In this document: positions 39,139-50,675 of the stretch, in pieces
How positions within the stretch are numbered: the first letter of the stretch is position 1
Layout of the letters: every line of letters begins with the position of its first letter
Source: Octopus sinensis
Lineage: Eukaryota
Assembly (NCBI RefSeq): GCF_006345805.1
Contig: NC_043002.1
Coordinates: forward strand, 78,802,001 to 78,866,000
Direction: 5' to 3'
DNA: 64,000 nt
Notes under the pieces: model-generated
Told to the model about the DNA's origin: nothing
Databases searched by the model: none
What the model saw: only the letters and a program-made list of their open reading frames with translations
Made by a program: the position numbers and the translations under genes

Positions 39139-39691
39139 CTGTTAATTTTCGATCCCAATTCATCCCTTGGAACCTTAAAATTCTTTCTGTGGGGGTAAAT
39201 TCCACTGCCCTCCCATCCAGTTGAGAACCATGGTTATAGACACTCCTTCATTTGTGTCTGGATGGGCACATATGTGTTGAGAGAGAGAGAGGGAGGTTCT
39301 ATATCTTATAAAGACTTGTTTTTTCAAAAAATTTGTTTTCATTTGTTCAGTCTATTGTTTAGTTATTCTTGTATTAATCCACACCTACCACTCTTCAGTG
39401 TTTCTTTTTCTATCACATAGTCCCATCTGTAAATAATTAGAAGAATTTACACAGTTGACTGCACATGGAAGAAAAAGAAAAACTATTAAAACTTACCAGA
39501 AGCAGAAACTTGATCTATCTTAATATTGTAATGAACAGAATTCTATGCATACTCATTCACACTGCCACACAAGGAAATACAAATTATATAAACACACACA
39601 CACATACACGCACACACACATGTGATTTCCATATACAACTTGGGTCTTACACATGTAACCACACATGACTTTATTCACTAAATTCATATAC

Positions 39692-39735
<44 letters not shown>

Positions 39736-40334
39736 ATCTCATTCACAAATATTCTTTTTTACTTACTAGCAGATGTTTATACCATCTTTAATATTCAATT
39801 TATTTCCCTTTTTAATTTACATCCACTCCCATATATACTCTTTTTCAGTGGTTTCTATATTCACACGCCATCAAACATACATATCAAAACCTTTTCTCTC
39901 CATCCCTTTAATTCACTTCTCAGATTCTTTCTTTGTTTCACATTTTCCACATCACATCCTATATTCACACACATTTTCTTTCATGATAATTCAACATTAT
40001 AACAAACCATATTAATATCTCCATTCAAATTAGTTTCTTAATTTAGCTGTGAAAGCTATTAACTTAGTATATAACTGTTGATCTTTCTCCCTTAAGTGTT
40101 CATTTGTTGTATTTTGTGTACTGAAGATGAATTAAACTCAATGTCTATGAGTTTTAACCTAGGGCCAATATCCTTGACAAAGGATTACTTAACCGAATTA
40201 GCTTTAGTATTTTACTGGTACAAATTTTAAATACAGTGGAAAGATGAAAGACAATTGAAGACAACTACAGCACCACCTTTAAAAGACAATAGAGGACACA
40301 TGGAAAAGATACCTCAACGATTGTTTCCTATTAA

Positions 40335-40497
40335 AAGATAAAAGAAAAACGGTTTATTAAAATGTTCAAACCTGTTCTTAATGGAAATAATAGCAATAAT
40401 ATAACAACCAGTTAATTATGGGGATTAATAAATATAGACAAGTTACAGTTTGCATGCCTGGCAAACTGTGATGTTTAAGAGCATGTGGATTGATCAA
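40335..40497 (+). pseudogene. Penelope-type GIY-YIG endonuclease C-terminus plus start of the 3' UTR
   Basis: KIKEKRFIKMFKPVLN (40335-40382) fits the E-x3-I-x4-P-x-LN end of GIY-YIG domains. 40454-40497 matches 45494-45537 at 42 of 44 nt. Confidence 0.6.
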
Positions 40498-41367
40498 TTG
40501 ATGTATTGGTATGTTGTTATTGTTGTTTAACCCCAGGATAGCTCTGATACAGCAGACCTATGATGAAAGTGGCTTCTACCGTGATCATCTCAGCTTTGTA
40601 TATTTGTACATTAGTGAGTTTTGATCTCATAACTAAGAACATGATATAATAAAACTTAAGAGAAATTTAAAGTGGTTAAACTATAAATTTTTAAGTCTTT
40701 TGTTGCTGGGCTGTAAGTAGATGTGAAAGTATCTCAATGATGAACCAAGAAGGGGAACTTTACATGGTAGAAGTAGCTACTAAATGTTATTAAAATTACT
40801 GTCACCTTGAAAAGGGATGGACTCATTTACTAATACAGTCCTCTATACATAATGCTTGAGAAAAAGACATTATGATCATAACTAAAATGCCTTTGATCAT
40901 AAATCTGCTCAACCAGGTCTGACCTGGGGCTAAATAACTCCAACAAACCTAGGTGACATCAATCAGCAAGTTATATGTTTTTTTTTGTTTTTTTTTTATC
41001 CTTGTTGCTGTAGTAGTTATGTATCCTCAAGTCAGATTTTTTGAAGCAGACTCCTGATCAGAAGCAGTCAAGCTATGGTCATATTGTTCTTTTCTCTAGT
41101 ATTACATTATCCAGTGTGACCTGCTCTCTTCAAGGTGGTACACTATGTAATTTGAGTGAGATTTGGCTGCTATTTCTTATAGGTTGAATGATTACATAGA
41201 GGCTTCTTTGTTGATCCAGTCAATCCTATGTAGAGTAGCTTCTTGTTGGTCTTATATACACAAATATATATATATATAACTGATGTAATACTTACAGTGT
41301 TTAATAAAATGAAGTAGCATGAAATGATTGTACTACACTACCTTGGATATCCTTGTTGCTTATTTTG

Positions 41368-41410
<43 letters not shown>

Positions 41411-44400
41411 TTGTGTAACTGATAAATTGAAATGTAGTTATGAAGCTTACTTTAAATTATCCTGAGCATCCTTTTAATGTAGTCCTAGAGGCATTATACT
41501 TTAAAGAAAGACAAGTTGACCATAGCTTGAATACCTCCTTGATCACACATCTAGTCAATCAGGGCAAAATAGCAACAGATTGAGTGGTTAATGATTACAT
41601 ACTAGTGTCACGTAAAAAGCCCAGGTGATGGTATCCATGTAAAAAGCACTGGTGATGGTGTCACATAAAAAGCATGCAGTACACTCTGGTTGGTGTTAGA
41701 AGGGACATCCAGCTGTAGAAGCCACAACAAAACAGACAGTGGAACCTGGTGTGGCTCTTGACCTTGCTAGTGCCTGTCAACCTGCCTAACCCATGCTAAC
41801 ATGGAAACATGTTAAATGATGAATATGATGATGAATGTTCTGTTCAATTAACTACATGTTTTACGAGATCTACTCCATTACTCAACATCCATTATCACTT
41901 CTTGCAAGCAACTGAGACTCTGACAAACTTTTCAGTTTTCTTTCAATTTTCATCTTACTGTCTTAAAAGAAGGTAGATCATTTTAGCTAATATAACCCTA
42001 GGTACACAAAAAAGATGAGATGGTCATGGCTGGAATGCTTTTTGATCATAGGTCTGCTCAATTAGACTAACCTATGACTAACTAGTAATAACTGAGGCAC
42101 ATTAGCTAATGAGGGAGCCTCTATGTAGTTGCTTGGCCTGATACAAATAGCAACCACATCTCCCTCAAATCACGTCCTACAGTCTTATGAAAGGTTACTC
42201 TGGAGATAATGTTGTCTAAGATAAACTATTCCACCTGCTTCCCTGTTAGCTAAACCAGTTCTCATACTGAGAAATGTCAAGAACTTACATCACATCTCCC
42301 AAAAATTAGAGAAATTATTTCCCCCTTTCTCATTAATGGGAAGACAAAGCAGAGTTTACATCCATATAATTTTTCTTTCTTTACCATGGCTAAACTTTAA
42401 AATGTTTAAAACCATCTTCATTTTATTAAACAGAGCAATTTGTTTCCTGTCTCTGTAGAGGTGATGGGGTAGATGTGACTATTGAAACACTGATGTTGAC
42501 AAAATTATAACTAATTGAAGAAAGGTTCTCATGCTGTTAATCTCAGTAACAACTTCAAATTCAAAACACACATTATATATTAGTCTAGACAGATCTCTTA
42601 AACTTTTATTTAGGGTAATCACTTGCTTTTAGGTTTAGGTTGTTGACTGTCATATTTAAGTAAACGACCTCCTGACTTGGCAACACACTTCATATTTATT
42701 TAGCTCAATATCTCAAACAATAAAGAAATTAATAAAACAAAATCTTGGTTAAAATATTTAGATTGCTCCCATAGGTCACAAACTTAATATCTTTGTTTTC
42801 TATTAATTACAAATTTGTCAAAACTCTTGTCATCTGGAAGAGACCTACTGCATTACTTACTTTTCAACATATTCCAAAAGTATGTTGATAAATTTATACT
42901 TAGTTTTATTTCATGCCAAGATATCAAAGTTATTGCTTGCTTTATAGTAATGCTCTATAGCTTATTTTTTATTTCCTGTATAAAATGAAAAGTTATATTG
43001 TTTTTTATTTTCATAATCCTTTTCATCATCATCATCAGCTTTCCATGCTGGCATGGGTTAGACAGTTTGACTAGAACTGGTAAGCTGAAGAACTGTGCTA
43101 GGCTCCAATCTGTTTTGGCTTGGTTTCTATGGCTGGATGCTCTTCCTAATGCCAACCACTCCACAGTGTACCAGGTGCCTTTGTGTCACAGGTATGAGTG
43201 CCTTTAATGTGTCACTGGCACGGGTGCACTTTACATGTCACTGGCATGGGTGCCTTCAATGCACAAATGGCACGAGTATATTTTATGTATCACAGGCACA
43301 GGTGCCTTCAATACATCACCAGCACAGGTACCGTCAACGCATCACTGGCACAGGTGGCCTTCAATGCACCACCAGCACTGGCTATGATTATGTTTTCAAT
43401 CAACTTGATGTCTTCTCAAACAGCAAATTGCCAAAAGTCTCAGTCATTTTAATAATAATATTTGTTCCATACAGAATTTGTTCTATATAGAATTTGGTCT
43501 AACCGAAGATTCAAGTGAAATAAGAACACAGTGTGGAAGCCACTTTCTTTGACTAGTCAACAGTCCAAAGCATGAGTCACTCGCTTGGTTTGTTCATTAT
43601 TTGATTCCCTTTGTTGTTCATATAATTTGAGAAATACTGCAGAAATGCACAAAATTGCATAAAAGTGGAATATTTTGATATAGACTATGGACGTATGGGC
43701 ATAGCTATGTGGGTAAGAAGTTTCCTTTAACCAACATAAACTTAGAGGCCTAGTTCCTCTGTTTAACATATTGGGCAAATATCTTCTGTTGCCTCAGGCC
43801 AACTAATGCTTTGGGAGTGAAATTGTATGGCAGAAAGTGCATAGAGGCTTCATATCACTTCAAATCTGTTTTCCATGCTGAGATAGGTTGGATGATTCAA
43901 CAGGATCTAATGAGTCAGAGACCCACAACTTGATCAAATGTCTGTTCTGGCATGGTTTCTTTTTTTTTTTTTTTGACTGGATGCTTTCCTAACACTAACC
44001 ACTTTACAAAGTCTATGTGTGTGTGTGTTTGTGTGTGCACATGTGCATGCATGTGTATCTGAACAAGGAATTTATCATCTCTACTTCTTGTATGAGATTG
44101 TCTGAGCAAAAATATGTATAAAAGGCGACATCCTGTTTACTTTCCCAATGAACTTTGTATCTTGTAACTCTACACTCTCAGAGTAGTTGTCTAAAAACTC
44201 CCTAACTTATAAAACAGGAAAAGGTTGGTGACAGGAAAAGCATATGGCTGGCACTACAGTAAAATGTGAAAATGAACAAACAAAATAATCTAATTAGAAA
44301 ATGATATTCATTGTAAGCATAAATTGATGAAATTACTGAAAATCTGTTAATATCTATTCCAAAGTTAACTTTATATATCTATATTTGTTTTGTTTTTTAA

Positions 44401-45144
44401 TAAAGGATAATTTAATTTAATTTGATTTATTGAAATTAGAACATTTTGCTAACATTTCAATATTAACAACACCCAGTTATAACTTTCAAACAAATCAGAT
44501 TTAAAATATTATGTAATAATATCATTTTACTCTAAAAAATCTTTTATTAAAATGTTTTCTTATATCACTAAGTAGAAATAAATCCATATCCATTAATAGC
44601 TAAAATATTTTATCTAATCCCTCTTTTCAACTAGCAAGCCATAAAATACATAAACAAAATTAACTCTTTCCTTTCTTTTCTATTTCTAATATGAAAGAGC
44701 TGCAATGGTTGAGTGATAAAGTTGTTGACTCACATGTCATCAATTTGTTTCTAGTCAATGGTCCTATGCTTTGACCTTAGAAAGAGCACTGTATACTCTC
44801 CCAGCAACCTTAGCTGCATGAGATTATTCAGCAAGAGTTTTGCAACAAACTGATGGGATATTTGCAAAAGTTTGGTAGTCTATAGTTCTAAGAAGTTCTT
44901 TCTGTAAATTCTTAGCCCTCTCTTTTACTCTCTTTTACTTGTTTCAGTCATTTGACTGCAGCCATGCAGGAACACTGCCTTTAGTTGAGCAAATCGCCCC
45001 CAGGACTTATTCTTTGTAAGCCTAGTACTTATTCTATTGGTCTCTTTTGCCGAACCGCTAAGTTACGGTGATGTAAACACACCAGCATTTGTTGTCAAGC
45101 GATGTTGGGTGGGTGGGGGGACAAACACAGACACACAAACATAT

Positions 45145-45208
<64 letters not shown>

Positions 45209-45341
45209 GACTGATAGGAGGTTTCAGATATATATATATATATTGTTTTGAATTTGTGTGAATGTGTATAGAATAATATATCAGTTGAAGAAAATTAAAA
45301 CATTGTCTGGTTTTCACATTTTTTATTATGGTATTTTAACA

Positions 45342-45379
45342 AAATTAGCGCTTTCATACATAGTGTACTCATCAGATTT
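45342..45379 (-). ncRNA. Minimal type I hammerhead ribozyme motif
   Basis: Minus strand reads AAAT-CTGATGA-GTAC(actat)GTAT-GAAA-GCGC-TA-ATTT: stem I AAAT/ATTT, stem II, palindromic GCGC loop, predicted cleavage after CUA. Confidence 0.8.
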
Positions 45380-45623
45380 CAAATGTGTTTAACTAACAGT
45401 TGAGCTCTTGACATCTCTTAAAATGCTCCAACCGGCTGAATTTTTAGAATATCTTTTTGATCAATCCGCATGCTCTTAAACATCAAAACCGGTATGCCTG
45501 GCAAACCATGATGTTTAAGAGCATGTGGATTGATCAAAAAGGTATTCTAAAAATTCAGCTGGTTGGAGCATTCTAAGAAGTACTAAAGTTGTCAAGAACT
45601 CAACTGTCAGCTAAATATATTTG

Positions 45624-45661
45624 AAATCAGATGAGTACACTATGTATGAAAGTGCTAATTT
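45624..45661 (+). ncRNA. Mutated hammerhead copy
   Basis: AAAT-CAGATGA-GTAC(actat)GTAT-GAAA-GTGC-TA-ATTT. The core U4>A change probably inactivates it. Confidence 0.55.
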
Positions 45662-46377
45662 TGTTAAAAATACCATAATAAAAACATGAAAACCAGACTA
45701 TGTTTTAACTTTATTCAACTGATATGTGTGTGTTTGTGTGTGTGTGATTTGAGTTCTATTTTCTTGTTTGTATCACCAAATCTGTTCATAATAAAATATG
45801 TTGATAACAACAGCCCGATGCTTAATGACAAAAATAATCACCAGAGATTGGCTTCAAATTTTGGCACAAGGCTAGCAATTTCTGGGGAGTGAGTAGGTCA
45901 GTAACATCAACCCCAGTGCTCAACTGATACTTATTTTATCGACCCCCAAAAGAATGAAAGGCGAAGCCAACCTCAGTGAAATTTGAACTCAGGACATAGA
46001 TATGCTGCTAAGCATTTTGCTCAGCATGTTAATGATTCTGCCAGCTCACCATCTTACAATCACCAGATATTAAAAGAAAGAAGCTATTTCTATTTACCAC
46101 TTTCTGTACCTCAAATCTTCAATTCTTATTATGAAATCAGGGTTGAGAATTGGTAGAATTGCCAGAGTGTCAGGAAGGAATGACTTACAGTATTTGTTCT
46201 GGTTTTGCTATGTTCTGAATTCATATCCTGTAGAGATCAATGTTGCCTTTTGCCAACTCCAGTATTGATAAAATAAAATACCAGTCAAGTACTGGTTTAA
46301 TAAACTAACCTCAAAATGTTTGATCTTGTGCTTATGTCATTAATAATCATTATTAAGAAATCAGACTTATTAATATT

Positions 46378-46658
46378 TCTTTTTTAGATTTGGTTTGCAA
46401 GATTCTTTATATGAGTTCGTGTGTTGAAGTATATTCTGTTGTCTGGGGAGAGTCATTCTCTTTTAGTGCCTTATTATTTAACACACTCACCGGTAAAATT
46501 TTGTTGCGTCTTGCAACCTTTTCAATAGTCAAAACTATTGAAAAGGTTGCAAGACGCAACGAAAATTTTAGGAAAATAAAAATAAGTGGAAATTTTACCA
46601 GTGAGTGTGCTAAATAATAAGGCACTAAAAGAGAATGACTCTCCCCAGACACAACAGA
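46378..46658. mobile_element. Fold-back element with a one-sided extension and target duplication
   Basis: Direct repeat CAGACTTATTAATATT at 46362-46377 and 46655-46670. Inverted arms 46435-46658. Perfect 27-bp inner stem 46503-46529/46534-46560. Confidence 0.75.
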
Positions 46659-48122
46659 CTTATTAATATTCTTATATTACCTATAATGTATTTGTATGTT
46701 TTTTTATTAGTTTTGATATAATGGATATTTCATGCCATTCATTTCAATAAATTTTGCCATCTAATATTTACTATCAATTTTTCCTGTATTTCATTTTATA
46801 TGAAAGTAAACATTGTAGAATAGATAAATTCTTGGTGAGTAATCCCACAAATAGGTATGAATATCTGGTTGCTTTGCTATCAGGTTATTTAAGCTTTGAT
46901 CTTAGTGTGCAGCACCTTTGGCAACTGCCTTTAACTATTAGCTTCAGTTAACCAAAACTTATCAATGGAATTTGGTAGACAGAAACTTTGCTAAAATTCA
47001 TCGTATATGTGTGTTTGTAAGGTGCAGACATGAGTATGGGCTACAGATACAGGTGTGGCTATCTGGTTAAGAAACTTGCTTCCCAATTATATGGTATTGG
47101 GTTCAGTCCCACTGTACAGCACCTTAGGCAACTGAGTTTCTGGTCTGAAGATAACTGCCCCACTCATTTTCTTCCACTATTCTTGTGAGGACCTGGAAAG
47201 GATCCCTTAATTTCTTTTTGGTTTTAAAAAATAAAAATTATGCTCATGTAAGAAATTAATCTCAAACAATTCAGGTTATATTTCATCTTATACCTTATAA
47301 TTCTAAAAATCTGTATAACTTTTTATAAATCATTGGGTCGAGAATCTTTTGACCTTTTTATCACAATCAGTTCGACTTCAAGTGGAAATGCTGCCTATTT
47401 TTAGTTATCTTGAACTTAAAGGTCAAAGAAAATGCCATTTATAAGAATTGCATTATTTTTACCTTTTGTCTTGCACCTTTGCTATGTTTTCTCTTATGTT
47501 ACCAATGTTATTTTGATATTCTGGTAACTCACTTCACCATGAAAAAATTTTGTGCTGTACTAAATCCAAAGTCACTTATGTTCATTTCATATCCATTAAT
47601 CAATATCTCAATGAAAAGTTATATTTATACAGGTTCATGTTTTTACTTGCCCTTTCATATTTCTTTCTCATCTGTCTGTTTACAACTGTCTTAGTTCTAT
47701 TTCTGTTTAGAAATAAACTAAGGAGTCTTCAATTTATAGTTTTCTAGGTGCAGATATGGATGTGTGGTTAATAAGCATGTGATTCAAGGTTCAATCTCAT
47801 TGTGAAGACCTTTAGGTGTGTGTGTTCTAGCAAAGCTTCCTGGTTGACAAACACTTTGAAATTTGGTAGACAAAGAGAATAACTGTGCTGAAACCCATTG
47901 TTTCACTCACAGTATATAACATTCATGCATACATATATACATATATATATATATTAATAATAGTAATAGTAACTTCTATGTATAATTTCAAAATTAGGCA
48001 ACAAATTTATAGACTACACAGTACAAAAATAGAGTAGCTCTATATTTAAGAGATGAGGAATTATGTACATTATTTACATTATTTACATTTGACGGATATT
48101 TGTCCTCATCTTGTTTGTTGTT

Positions 48123-48168
48123 AATACAACATTTCAGCTGATATACCCTCCAGCCTTCATCAGGTGTC
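48123..48168 (-). ncRNA. Hammerhead motif, inverted and partly decayed copy
   Basis: Minus strand reads GACAC-CTGATGA-A-GGCTG(gagggtatat)CAGCT-GAAAT-GTT-GTATT. Confidence 0.6.
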
Positions 48169-48448
48169 TTGGGGAAATTTCGAACCTGGGTTCTCATTCC
48201 TAAGGTATTTTTCAATGCTGTTATTATTATTATTATTATCATTATTCAGGTCACTGCCTGAATAGTAGCCTGTGCTCTTAACCACTACGCCATATGCTCG
48301 TGGGCATATGGCATAGTGGTTAAGAGCACGGGCTACTAACCCCAAGATTCTGAGTTCGATTCCAGACAGTGACCTGAATAATAATAATAATAATAATAAC
48401 ATCGAAAAATACCTTAGGAATGAGAACTCAGGTTTGAAATTTCCCCAA

Positions 48449-48494
48449 GACACCTGATGAAGGCTAGAAGGTATATCAGCTGAAACGTTGTGTT
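48449..48494 (+). ncRNA. Minimal type I hammerhead ribozyme motif
   Basis: GACAC-CTGATGA-A-GGCT(agaaggtatatc)AGCT-GAAAC-GTT-GTGTT: stem I GACAC/GTGTT, stem II, palindromic ACGT stem III, predicted cleavage after GUU. Confidence 0.75.
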
Positions 48495-48561
48495 AACAAC
48501 AAACAAAATGAGGACAAATATCTGTCAATTGTAAATAATGTAAATAATGAAAAATAGAGTA

Positions 48562-48792
48562 ATAATAAATCTCTGAGCGAGGTATAAACAGTAGCTGCAC
48601 GATATCGTGAAGTATATTTGCCACTTAAATGTGGCTAACCCCTAAGGGTAGATGCTACTGTAGCTTGTAGCATCCACCCTTAGGGGTTAGCCACAAGCTA
48701 CAGTAGCACCCACCCTTAGGGGTTAGCCACAAGCTACAGTAGCACCCACCCTTAGGCGGTTAGCCACATTTAAGTGGCAAATATTCTTCACG
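48562..48792. mobile_element. Fold-back element with an internal 36-bp tandem triplication and a 44-nt one-sided extension
   Basis: Left arm starts at 48606 (CGTGAAGTATATTTGCCACTTAAATGTGGCTAACC) and its inverse ends at 48792. The 36-bp unit starts at 48667, 48703 and 48739. Flanked by AAAAATAGAGTA at 48550-48561 and 48793-48804. Confidence 0.75.
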
Positions 48793-49648
48793 AAAAATAG
48801 AGTATTATAACAAAATAAATGACAGCTAATACAAAATGACTGTAGCTATCAAATATCACCAATTATTTTGTTTTAGGTGTTATTTATTTTCTATACGTAT
48901 TGGGGCGCTTGAGAAATAATTACGTGTTTCCAAAGAGAAGTTTGTGTAAAAAAAAAATCCATTTTATTCATTTATTTATTTCTTCTAAACAAAGTTTGAC
49001 TTACTATTTTCAAAATCTTTATTTCTGAAAATTCTACTGCCTATGAAATGTTCTAGTGATTAACATAAATGTTAATTTCTAGATGCTCTGGTGTGTATGA
49101 GGAATGTATAAGAGCTTCCCAGCTGAATGATCTTATCTTTTCTTGGGTTTGTTTTACAGAATGAGCACTTATATAATAAATATACAAAGGTACAATAAAT
49201 ACCTTTTGTTACTAAATGTGATCACTTTTGATATAATTCTTCGTTCGCATGATCAAATTGCTGGCAATAAATGTCTGTAATAATGTTTTAAAAAATTTTT
49301 TTTTTAATACCTCATAGCAGACAACACCATTCAGCTCTGGGGATGAAGTATTGGTTTCAGCACTGCTACTCTGGTAAAAGCGCATAGCTCACTTGCTAGA
49401 GTGTTAGGCTCACAATCATGAGGTAGTGAGTTTGATTCCCAGACTAGACTGTGCTATGTTCTTGAGCAAGACACTTTATTTCACATTACTCCAGTTATCT
49501 CGGCAGTAGAAATGAGTTTGTGACGTCACTGGTGCCAAGATGTAATGGTCTTTGCCTTTCCCATGATATACATGGATGACTGCAAGTCTTCCATAAACAA
49601 CCTTGCCTGGACTTGTGCCTTGGAGGGGAACTTTCTAGGTGCAATACC

Positions 49649-49880
49649 TATTTCTTTACTACTCACAAGGGGCTAAACACAGAGAGGACAAACAAGGACA
49701 GACACATGGATTAAGTCGATTATATCGCCTCCAGTGTGTAACTGGTACTTATTTAATCGACCCCGAAAGGATGAAAGGCAAAGTCGACCTCGGTGGAATT
49801 TGAACTCAGAACATAGCGGCAGGCGAAATACCGCTAAGCATTTTGCCCGGCGTGCTAACGATTCTGCCATCTCGCCACCT
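49649..49880 (-). mobile_element. Young family A SINE nested inside a family C SINE
   Basis: TSD TTCTAGGTGCAATACC at 49633-49648 and 49880-49895; CpGs largely retained. Confidence 0.9.
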
Positions 49881-50333
49881 TCTAGGTGCAATACCATGGT
49901 CATTCATGACTGGGCGGGGGTTACCCTTTTTCTCTGGTTTCCCATTAACTGTAAACCACTGACTTTTTATCTTTCTGTTGACATGCTGTATCTCTTTTTA
50001 ATCACTTTTAATGTGGTGCAGAAAAAAGAAATTTTTATTCTTGGTCAAGAGACAGCTGCAGATGGTAGAATGTTGAGTTCAGTTCTCAAGAAAGAACTGA
50101 TGAGGAAACCAAATTTTCTCTCTGTACTTTTTCCCATGCTGAACCAGACACATTCAGTTTCTGTATAATATCTCTGCTGCTTTGATAAGGATATAACACA
50201 CTTCCACATAAAAGAACTGATAAACTAAATCTAGACATTGCTTTCTATCACTTACACATCATCATTCTTGTTTGTTGTTTGACATCAGTGAAACATGTAA
50301 TTACTTTCTGAATATGCTAAAATGTAGTTGTAA

Positions 50334-50635
50334 TTTGGGAGGGTCATTTTGACAATAAACACACACTGGTTATAGTTCATTTTATTCAGTTTTATAGTAA
50401 CTAATCACTCAACTAACCGTTTATTTGTTTGACTTAAAAATTTTTTTGTCACACTACTGTGGCCTTTCCAATGATTCTTTATTCTGCAGCTGATTTTCTT
50501 TCGTTATTGTGGAAAGAATAAGCACAATAACACCACCATCCCACTACGACTCTCTTAACACCAACACTACCATCATAGTAATACAAGAATGAGAACAAAA
50601 TAAGATTAAAGTCAACTTAAGTCAACCACTACATG

Positions 50636-50675
<40 letters not shown>

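Larger units (their letters stand above)
45243..45725. mobile_element. Fold-back Penelope-like element remnant with hammerheads in both arms and an approximately 35-nt tail
   Basis: Inverted arms span 45278-45725 around a loop at about 45487-45507. Extension 45243-45277. Inserted in TA/TG microsatellite. Confidence 0.8.
48037..48549. mobile_element. Fold-back element: two head-to-head units of tRNA-like head, (AAT)n and hammerhead, plus a 31-nt one-sided tail; Penelope-like architecture
   Basis: Inverted arms 48068-48298 and 48302-48549, extension 48037-48067, flanked by the direct repeat AAAAATAGAGTA (48025-48036 and 48550-48561). A box TGGCATAGTGG 48309-48319, B box GAGTTCGATTCC 48352-48363. 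Confidence 0.8.

Noticed and set aside
48302-48375. Functional tRNA gene
   Set aside because: The acceptor stem pairs poorly, there is no oligo-T terminator, and it is embedded in a repeat; treated as a SINE-like head.
48667-48768. 36-bp repeats resembling a CRISPR array
   Set aside because: The units are contiguous with no unique spacers, the context is eukaryotic, and there are no cas genes.
50097-50112. CTGATGAGGAAAC as a hammerhead; likewise CTGANGA hits at about 31322, 35083, 35158 (-), 57958 (-) and 61888 (-)
   Set aside because: No stem II or no properly placed GAAA...UH; such short matches are expected by chance.
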